DNA from: a virus
Lineage: Duplodnaviria > Caudoviricetes
DNA: 52,765 bases
Virus record (IMG/VR): IMGVR_UViG_3300009194_000002
Location: 1 to 52,765 of that record
Direction: 5' to 3' (one strand)
The position numbers were made by a program, and so were the translations under genes. Of the stretch, positions 46,059 to 52,765 are shown one piece after another. The notes beneath the pieces are model-generated. The model was not told where the DNA came from, did not search any database, and saw only the letters and a list, made by a program, of their open reading frames with translations. Position 1 is the first letter of the stretch. The number at the start of each line of letters is the position of its first letter.

Positions 46059-46811
46059 ATGGCAGATAAAGAAGTAGACTTACTTAAACTATTAAGAAAA
46101 GAAAATGATAACCAACCCCCAGGCCTTAGAGTAGCCAGGGTAAATAGTACTGAACCGGGAACGGAAACCTTTATTTTAGAGGGTTCAGAACTTGTATTAG
46201 ATATAGATTTATTCGAAGTACCGCCGGAAATGTACCCTTTAAGGGTTAACGATCTTTATTTAGCTTACCCGCTTGTCGGTGGGGATAATAACCACCGCTG
46301 GGCCTTAATAGAAAAGATCAGCGGAGGAATACCGATCTTAGAAGCTGTAACACCCGGCCCGGACCCTACTTTTAAGTTTGAAAAAAGCGGACAGTTAGTA
46401 GATCCTGTTTACACGGCAGACCGCTTCGAAATTCCGGTAGATATGAACCCTGTTAGACAGACGGATCGCTTTTTAGTACGTCCGATCGACGGCGATAACT
46501 ACAGCGCTAACCCACGCTGGGTATTAACCGAGAAACTGACCGGCGGGGTAGTACAGGCTACTATGGCCGGAGGTACTAGCTGTAATGTAGAAAATTACGG
46601 GACTATTTCCGGTTTGATTGTACCTAGCTGGGTAGTACATAATCATATACAAACACAGTATTTTGACACACACGATAAACCTAGCGATATGTATTTACGA
46701 GGTGATAACTTAGTAGTCGACAGCCTTAAAGGCGGCGACAGCGTAATAATAGAGCCTACAGGGACACCGGAAAACGTGCAATATGTAGTTACTCAATTCT
46801 TAAGTCGATAG
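46059..46811 (+). CDS. Baseplate spike-position protein (XkdR position) with internal repeats
   Basis: Between hub and wedge genes; two repeats ending RWxLxEKxxGG. Confidence 0.5.
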   Translation: MADKEVDLLKLLRKENDNQPPGLRVARVNSTEPGTETFILEGSELVLDIDLFEVPPEMYPLRVNDLYLAYPLVGGDNNHRWALIEKISGGIPILEAVTPGPDPTFKFEKSGQLVDPVYTADRFEIPVDMNPVRQTDRFLVRPIDGDNYSANPRWVLTEKLTGGVVQATMAGGTSCNVENYGTISGLIVPSWVVHNHIQTQYFDTHDKPSDMYLRGDNLVVDSLKGGDSVIIEPTGTPENVQYVVTQFLSR

Positions 46812-46821
46812 GGGTGATATT

Positions 46822-47265
46822 ATGGCAGGAAAAAAGACCCCTGTATTTGACTGGTCGAAAATGGAATTTAAAAGAGATTTAAACGGATCAGTAAAAACAG
46901 GGACCGGTAACGTAGCAGTAGAAGAATTATTCTTTAAAGCCCAGCAGACCAGAAGAGGGGTTTATTTGATATATGCTAACCAGGACGATCCGGATCAGCA
47001 CCATAAATATGGTAATGATCTACTTAATGTAATAAGATCTAATCTTACCGGAGGGGTTAAGGAAAGCGAAATAAAAAGAGCTGTGAAAGAAGCTGGTATA
47101 TATTTAGACGGTGTAAAGGACGTCTTTAACATTGAAGTAATTAAAAATGAGTTTAATGGTCGCAAAATAGATTTAGACGAGGTTTATATTAAAGCGGTGA
47201 TTACTACAATTTACGACGACAAGCTACCTATAGAAGGTATTATTACACTAACTGAAAGGGGGTAA
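46822..47265 (+). CDS. Baseplate wedge / sheath initiator (XkdS, gp25-like)
   Basis: FDW..YG..SEIKRAVKEA..TIY. Confidence 0.7.
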   Translation: MAGKKTPVFDWSKMEFKRDLNGSVKTGTGNVAVEELFFKAQQTRRGVYLIYANQDDPDQHHKYGNDLLNVIRSNLTGGVKESEIKRAVKEAGIYLDGVKDVFNIEVIKNEFNGRKIDLDEVYIKAVITTIYDDKLPIEGIITLTERG

Positions 47266-47271
47266 ATATTT

Positions 47272-48831
47272 ATGGCAGATAGACCAGAATTTAAATCTGT
47301 TTATGAAGAACAGGAAGCAGATATAAGAGATAGAATGTTAAGCAGAATAAGCGACGACTGGCGTAAAAAACCCGGCGATTTTGTTTATGATACTGTAGCT
47401 ACTTCGCCACTTGAAGTAAAACAGTTACAGATCGGACTAGATCAGATATTAAAAAACGCTTTTGCTCAATACGCGGAAGGTAGCTTTTTAGATTACTTAA
47501 TGAACGACATAGGAATGACCCGGAAAGGATCTACCCCGAACCAGAGAACTTTAAACGTAACAGCAGACAGTGGGGTAGTTATTCCAGCTGGGCAGTTACT
47601 TAATACTGTTATACTAGATAATGAAGGGGATCCTTTAGAATACACGGTCGACGAAAAGGTAGAATTCACCGCTAATGAAACAAAAGCTGTAAAAGTTACC
47701 TGTAATACTGACGGGACGGTCGGAAATATAGCTACAGGATCAGACTTTATTTTTCAACCTTCAATCGGTGGTATTAAACAGATAATAGACCAGGGTTCAG
47801 ATATTTTAGGTACTGATACCGAGGACGATCCGGAAGCTTACGATCGCTACGAGTTTAAGGTAAATCACCCGGACACCGGAGGAAATAGAAATGATTATAT
47901 TCGCTGGATCCAGGAAATACCAGCGGTCGGCGATCAGCGAATTCTGCCTTTATGGCGCGGCAACGGGACCGTAAAAGCGGTTATAATAGATACTGAATAC
48001 CAGCCAGCTACTGAAACTTTAGTAGACGAGGTACAGGAATATTTAGATCCTAAACTAGATACTACAAAAGAAGCTGAAACTATGTTAACCGACGGCTACG
48101 GGGTTACAGTTAACGCTGATAATGCAGAACTAGCTTACGATAGCCAGGGGGACGGGATCTTATACTACGATCAATTCGGCGGTTTAGAAGATCTTTTAGA
48201 AACCCAGAACCATTTTAAGGCCAGGGTCCAGGTAAAAGTAGATAGTAATTCCGGAACTAATGATCTACTAAAGATCGAAGTAAGGGACCGCGGCACTTTA
48301 ACCCCGGTTTATGAAACCGACGCGGAAAACAATCAAGCTGTAAAAACCCTTACCGCCGCAGACTTAAGCACAAGCTACGGTTATGTAGAACTTCCTTTTT
48401 ACTGGGACGGTCTACAGCCTATAGAAATAGCAGTAACCAGGCTTACTACAGACACTACAACCTTAGTTACTGTAGATAATGTTAACTTTATAAGCTTATA
48501 CGGCCAGGCTTTAGGGGAAGGAAAAGCGCCAGCAGGGGCTATGGTTTACGTTATATCAGCTATAGATCTACCGATAGATATTACAGCTGTAGTAGACTAT
48601 TCCGAAGGTTACGACCAGGCGGAGGTAGAAGCTGACTTTAAAGATAAGGTAGAAAATTACCTTGTAGACCTAGCTTTTTCAGATAAGCCGGTAGTTTATA
48701 ATAAGATCGGATCCCTACTTATTGAAACTACAGGGGTTAGTAACTATTCTGATCTTACAATAAACGGCGGAACTACTGATATAATGCCCGGTAAGGAAGA
48801 AGTAGCAACCCTGGGGACGGTGACGATCTAA
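47272..48831 (+). CDS. Baseplate J-like protein (XkdT-like) with an inserted beta-sandwich domain
   Basis: AEGSFLD, GTDTEDD, GGNRNDY, PLWRGNGTV and GEGKAPAGA motifs. Confidence 0.9.
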   Translation: MADRPEFKSVYEEQEADIRDRMLSRISDDWRKKPGDFVYDTVATSPLEVKQLQIGLDQILKNAFAQYAEGSFLDYLMNDIGMTRKGSTPNQRTLNVTADSGVVIPAGQLLNTVILDNEGDPLEYTVDEKVEFTANETKAVKVTCNTDGTVGNIATGSDFIFQPSIGGIKQIIDQGSDILGTDTEDDPEAYDRYEFKVNHPDTGGNRNDYIRWIQEIPAVGDQRILPLWRGNGTVKAVIIDTEYQPATETLVDEVQEYLDPKLDTTKEAETMLTDGYGVTVNADNAELAYDSQGDGILYYDQFGGLEDLLETQNHFKARVQVKVDSNSGTNDLLKIEVRDRGTLTPVYETDAENNQAVKTLTAADLSTSYGYVELPFYWDGLQPIEIAVTRLTTDTTTLVTVDNVNFISLYGQALGEGKAPAGAMVYVISAIDLPIDITAVVDYSEGYDQAEVEADFKDKVENYLVDLAFSDKPVVYNKIGSLLIETTGVSNYSDLTINGGTTDIMPGKEEVATLGTVTI

Positions 48832-48832
48832 T

Positions 48833-49402
48833 ATGACTTTAAGAACTGATCGAATGTTAAACCAGGCACCTTATTATTATAAATTCTCTAACCTATATAA
48901 CCAGATCCAGGCGGCGCAAGCTAGCGAATACGATAGCATAGAGGAAGCCCGGGAAGATTTAAGAAAGCAATTTTATATTACTACAGCTACCTGGGGGCTT
49001 AAATACTGGGAAGAACTGCTTAATATACCTACTAACGAAAGTGACAGCTACGATGTAAGGCGGTCCAGGGTATTAAGCCGCTGGCGGGCTGTAGGTAACT
49101 TTTCCGAAGATTTGATTAAATCAGTCTGTGAAAGTTTTTTAAACGGGGAAGTAGACGTAAAGATTAGACCGGCCCAGTATGAAGTAATTATTAAATTCGT
49201 AGGTAAAAGAGGGATCCCGCCGAACTTAGAAGATCTTAAAGCAATAGTTAACGGTTTGATCCACGCCCACTACGGTGTAAGTTACGAATTTACTTATTTA
49301 ATATGGGACGAAGTGGATAAAGAAAATATGACTTTTGATGAATTAGACGCGGCAAATTATACTTTTGACGAATTAGAAGTAGCTAGACCGCCGCTAACAT
49401 AA
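48833..49402 (+). CDS. Baseplate wedge protein (XkdU/YmfQ-like)
   Basis: TATWGLKYWEELL..RRSRV..IHAH. Confidence 0.8.
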   Translation: MTLRTDRMLNQAPYYYKFSNLYNQIQAAQASEYDSIEEAREDLRKQFYITTATWGLKYWEELLNIPTNESDSYDVRRSRVLSRWRAVGNFSEDLIKSVCESFLNGEVDVKIRPAQYEVIIKFVGKRGIPPNLEDLKAIVNGLIHAHYGVSYEFTYLIWDEVDKENMTFDELDAANYTFDELEVARPPLT

Positions 49403-49414
49403 AGGAGGTTAAAA

Positions 49415-50395
49415 ATGAGCAGTCAATATAAAACACCGCAGTTAAAGCTTAATGACTGGGTAGGTATCGACCGTGTAGAACGTAAAGATTGGGTAAATGA
49501 TAATAAGATATTAGAAAAAGTAATAAGTACAGGTTTTATAGATTTTGAACCTGTAAGCTATGTATCAAGTAACCAGTTTACTGTACCAGAAGACCAAACT
49601 AGTATTTTTATAACTAACAGAAGAATAAAAGCTGAAATAAACGCTAATTTTTTGTATTCTTCTGTAGAAAACGTAGTTTATAATTCTACTGACGACCTAA
49701 CTACTGTAACGATTAAAGATAATATCCTAACTTCTGACTTAAATAGTATAGGTTACGGGAATATAATACCTGGAAATAGCGGCAATTTACCGTTAGAGGC
49801 CTTACAAGATACTGTAAGTAACCTTATATCAGCTGGAAATAATATCGATTTGAATTATGATGATGTAAATAACCAATTAATTATAAGTGTTAACGGTACA
49901 GCCCTTAATGCAGATACTTTAGATGGTAAGCATTTATCTGAAATAATCAGCACTGCTGTTCCACCAGGAACAGTAATATGGAGAGCAGTTAATAATATTC
50001 CTAATGGGTATTTAGAATGTAACGGGGCTGAACTATCAAGGACTACTTATTCTGATTTATTTGGTGAAATTGGAACTGTTTTTGGATCAGGTGATGGGAG
50101 CACAACTTTTAATTTGCCTGATCTTCGCGGTGAATTTGTTAGAGGATTTGATAATGGTCGGGGTGTTGATAGTGGTAGAGATTTTGGAAGTTGGCAAGAT
50201 TTTGGTTTAAAACTACCTTTCCCTATAAGGCAGCCGCCTGATGGATTTACTACAGATGGTACGCTAAATAATGTCCCTTTAAGTTTTACTGTTAGTGATG
50301 ACATACCGAATCCACATTTAAAAGAAGATTGGGAAAATTTAGTAGATGAAATAAGATCAAGGAATGTTGCTTTACTACCATTAATTAAATATTAA
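49415..50395 (+). CDS. Tail fibre protein with tail-collar domain
   Basis: NADTLDG; PPGTV..GYLECNG..YSDLF..FNLPDLRGEFVRG..RSRNVALLPLIKY. Confidence 0.9.
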   Translation: MSSQYKTPQLKLNDWVGIDRVERKDWVNDNKILEKVISTGFIDFEPVSYVSSNQFTVPEDQTSIFITNRRIKAEINANFLYSSVENVVYNSTDDLTTVTIKDNILTSDLNSIGYGNIIPGNSGNLPLEALQDTVSNLISAGNNIDLNYDDVNNQLIISVNGTALNADTLDGKHLSEIISTAVPPGTVIWRAVNNIPNGYLECNGAELSRTTYSDLFGEIGTVFGSGDGSTTFNLPDLRGEFVRGFDNGRGVDSGRDFGSWQDFGLKLPFPIRQPPDGFTTDGTLNNVPLSFTVSDDIPNPHLKEDWENLVDEIRSRNVALLPLIKY

Positions 50396-50407
50396 GGAGG
50401 TTAATTA

Positions 50408-50923
50408 ATGAAGATATATCATTACAGTCGAGATAAGTATGAGTTTTTGACAGAAGGTGAAGCAAGAGAAAATCCTTTGGAAAAAGCAAAGCATCTTATC
50501 CCAGCTTTTGCTACTGATATTGAACCACCTTCATTAAGTGAAAATGAAGTAGCAATATTTAATGAAAGTACAGAAAGTTGGGAAGTGAAAGCTGATTATA
50601 GAGGGGAAAACTTTTATTATAAAGATACTGGTAAAAAAATAGAAATCGAACAAATAGGCGAAGTAGGAAATGAATTAACTGATATCACCCCTCCTCAAAC
50701 TTCGGTAAATGAAAGAGCTATATTTAATCACGATATAAATGAGTGGGAAATTAAAGTTGATTATGTTGGTAGAAAATATTTTAATGAAAATGGAGTTGAA
50801 GTTGAAATTACAGAAATAGGAGTTGAGCCAGACCCGTCTTGGTTTAATACTTATGAAGAATATAGAATAGCTGAGCTAGAAAATGCTTTAGCAGATATAA
50901 TAGGTGGTGGTACAAGTGCTTAA
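50408..50923 (+). CDS. Tail fibre assembly-like protein
   Basis: LIPAFATDIEPP..WEVKADYRG repeated; follows the fibre gene. Confidence 0.75.
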   Translation: MKIYHYSRDKYEFLTEGEARENPLEKAKHLIPAFATDIEPPSLSENEVAIFNESTESWEVKADYRGENFYYKDTGKKIEIEQIGEVGNELTDITPPQTSVNERAIFNHDINEWEIKVDYVGRKYFNENGVEVEITEIGVEPDPSWFNTYEEYRIAELENALADIIGGGTSA

Positions 50924-51062
50924 ACCATTTCAAATTAATATATTTGTAAGAGTTGTTAAAAGAAAAGTTGAGACAGAAGGTAGAACTGCGGCTGATATTT
51001 TAGATAATGATTATCCTGCATTAACAGATACTGACAAGAATAACATTCTTTCAAAAATATAG
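50916..51062 (+). CDS. Small hypothetical protein (48 aa)
   Basis: GTG50916 after aggtggtgg, to TAG51062; typical post-fibre small gene. Confidence 0.55.
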   Translation: MLKPFQINIFVRVVKRKVETEGRTAADILDNDYPALTDTDKNNILSKI

Positions 51063-51092
51063 AAACTTATATAATTATAGGGGGCGTAGTTA

Positions 51093-51458
51093 ATGGGCGA
51101 CACTAATAACAGCAGAAATAGTAATAACGGGGATTGTAACCAACCCTGCGCAGATTTACAGAGGTTAAAGGAAAAGTTTAACGGTTACGGGGAAAGGCTT
51201 AGTAAAGTAGAATACGCTACAGATAAAAACGAAGAAAATATAAGCAGTCTACAGATGGCCCAGGCAGAAATTAAAACATATATAGAAGGGTTCGGAACTA
51301 AGCTTGATAATTTAGAAAGTAGGCTTTTTACATACCTGGAAGGGATAAGTAAAACTAACCGCCAGGACAACGAGGACTGGCGGGAATATACACTTAAAGT
51401 AATCAAGTGGACGATAGCCGCACTTATTGGTTACTTTGTAGCAAAGGGAGGTTTTTAA
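51093..51458 (+). CDS. XhlA-like lysis-associated membrane protein
   Basis: Coiled coil plus C-terminal TM helix; precedes the endolysin. Confidence 0.6.
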   Translation: MGDTNNSRNSNNGDCNQPCADLQRLKEKFNGYGERLSKVEYATDKNEENISSLQMAQAEIKTYIEGFGTKLDNLESRLFTYLEGISKTNRQDNEDWREYTLKVIKWTIAALIGYFVAKGGF

Positions 51459-51461
51459 GAT

Positions 51462-52199
51462 ATGAAGCCAGAAAATATCACGATCTTTATTGACGACGGT
51501 CACGGTATAGAAACGCCAGGGAAGCGGACCCCTGGCGGGACCCGTGAAAACGAGTTCAACCGACCTACAGCTGTAAAACTTAGGACCCTGGCCGAGAATT
51601 TAGGTTTTAATGTTACAATGGTAGCGCCAGAGTTAGAGGACGTGTCCCTGGAAAAGCGCGTAAATAGGGCTAATACAGCTTTTAAGTCTTTAGGGTCTAA
51701 TCATAAGGCGATTTACGTAAGTATTCATTTTAACGCCGCAGGTGAAGGCTGGTCCGGTGCAGAGGGTATAGAAACCTTTCACTACCCAGGATCGGCAGAA
51801 GGTAGAAAACTAGCCGCGGCAGTACAGCAGGAATTAATTAAGGGAACGCCGCAGAGGAACAGAGGTATTAAAGAAGGTAACTTTTATGTATTAAAGGAAA
51901 CTTTACCGCCGGCTATCTTAGTCGAGGGCGGGTTTATGACTAATAAGGACGAAGCTTCTTTAATACTAGACACGGAATTCCAGAATGAAACAGCCAAAGA
52001 GATCTTAGACGGGATCTGTAAGTATTTTAAGATTACTAAAAATAAAAAGGAAGATCTACAGCTACAGCTTGACAGGGAATACAGCCGCCGGGTGGTAGCA
52101 GAAAGAGAAGTAGAGGACCTTAAAAAAGAGACCAAAGAGTATGAAAACTTCTTTAATAACTTCCAGAAGTTTTTAAATAAAGCTAAGGGGGCTAAATAA
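51462..52199 (+). CDS. Endolysin, N-acetylmuramoyl-L-alanine amidase (Amidase_3)
   Basis: IDDGHG, E, SIHFNA and LVEGGFMTN motifs. Confidence 0.92.
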   Translation: MKPENITIFIDDGHGIETPGKRTPGGTRENEFNRPTAVKLRTLAENLGFNVTMVAPELEDVSLEKRVNRANTAFKSLGSNHKAIYVSIHFNAAGEGWSGAEGIETFHYPGSAEGRKLAAAVQQELIKGTPQRNRGIKEGNFYVLKETLPPAILVEGGFMTNKDEASLILDTEFQNETAKEILDGICKYFKITKNKKEDLQLQLDREYSRRVVAEREVEDLKKETKEYENFFNNFQKFLNKAKGAK

Positions 52200-52573
52200 T
52201 GGATATTAATTGGCAGTTAGTTTTAAACGTAGCTTTAGGTTTAATACCGGCTATTTCTATACTGATCGGAATTTTACTTAAAGTGCGGCCAGAACTTAAG
52301 GTTTTTGTAGCTAAGGGTTACAGGTGGCTTAACATTGTAAGTAAGGTTTTAGATCAGATCGAGGATAATTTCGAAAACCTACCTTACATAAACACAGTCG
52401 ATGACGTAGTAGAACAGATTATATCAGAGCTGGAACAGGCAGGTTTTAAACCCACATATAAGGATAAGAAGGAAATTAAGAAGCTAGCGGAAAATAATTT
52501 CAAGAAAAAAGAAGGCTGGAAATTAGACTTAAATAATGAAGCGGTTAAAATAAATTACATACATAAAGAATGA
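52199..52573 (+). CDS. Putative holin
   Basis: N-terminal TM helix, charged C-terminus, coupled to the endolysin. Confidence 0.55.
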   Translation: MDINWQLVLNVALGLIPAISILIGILLKVRPELKVFVAKGYRWLNIVSKVLDQIEDNFENLPYINTVDDVVEQIISELEQAGFKPTYKDKKEIKKLAENNFKKKEGWKLDLNNEAVKINYIHKE

Positions 52574-52593
52574 CAGCAAAGTAAGCAAACCCC

Positions 52594-52626
52594 AGAGATC
52601 CCGGACTAAAAACCCGGGATCTTTTT
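52594..52626 (+). terminator. Intrinsic terminator ending the late half
   Basis: AGAGATCCCGG..CCGGGATC followed by TTTTT. Confidence 0.85.
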
Positions 52627-52630
52627 AATT

Positions 52631-52765
52631 TTCCAGCTTTTTAAATCAAGACCGTTAAACCCTAAGATCTTATAGTACTATTAACTATTAATAATACTAC
52701 TACTATACTATAACTATTATTATATTATTATATTATATTATATATAGTATTATTAGTATTAGTAC
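52631..52765. other. Origin-like element copy A, left part
   Basis: agtactattaactatta..tactactactatactataactattattatattatt.. matches 27571 onward. Confidence 0.55.

Noticed and set aside
49415-50923. Diversity-generating retroelement or invertible fibre cassette
   Set aside because: No reverse transcriptase, invertase or TR/VR repeat pair was seen.
1539-52135. All minus-strand ORFs in the ORF track (e.g. 29674..30144, 35455..35805, 15982..16305)
   Set aside because: They lie antisense to well-supported genes, lack SD sites and motifs, and have the Ser/Leu/Phe-rich composition expected of shadow ORFs.

Overview
The window looks like the complete, circularly assembled genome (bases 1-31 = 52735-52765) of a contractile-tailed (myovirus, PBSX/Xkd-type tail) phage of a low-GC Firmicute. 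All credible genes are on the + strand, in two halves. The early/replication half (~0.2-27.5 kb) has small regulators, a split SbcC plus SbcD nuclease, a RecU-like resolvase, an SF2 helicase, a putative SSB, an AEP primase-MCM-like helicase fusion, a family A DNA polymerase, a dCTP deaminase and many small accessory ORFs. The morphogenesis/lysis half (~28.1-52.6 kb) has TerS, TerL, an SPP1-type portal, a MuF-toxin fusion with a small cognate ORF, scaffold, capsid, sheath/tube, a frameshifted tail chaperone, tape measure, baseplate, fibre, XhlA-like protein, amidase and holin. I recognised no integrase, methyltransferase, reverse transcriptase, tRNA or CRISPR array. The most unusual feature is the non-coding architecture. 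Each half begins with a near-identical ~260-bp origin-like element (terminator, AT-rich core, G/C-tract inverted repeat, promoter). The two halves also share a 47-bp repeat unit (4 tandem copies between terS and terL, one inverted copy at ~3 kb) and an 8-bp-repeat operator motif. Product calls rest on motifs read by eye and on gene order; no database search was run.
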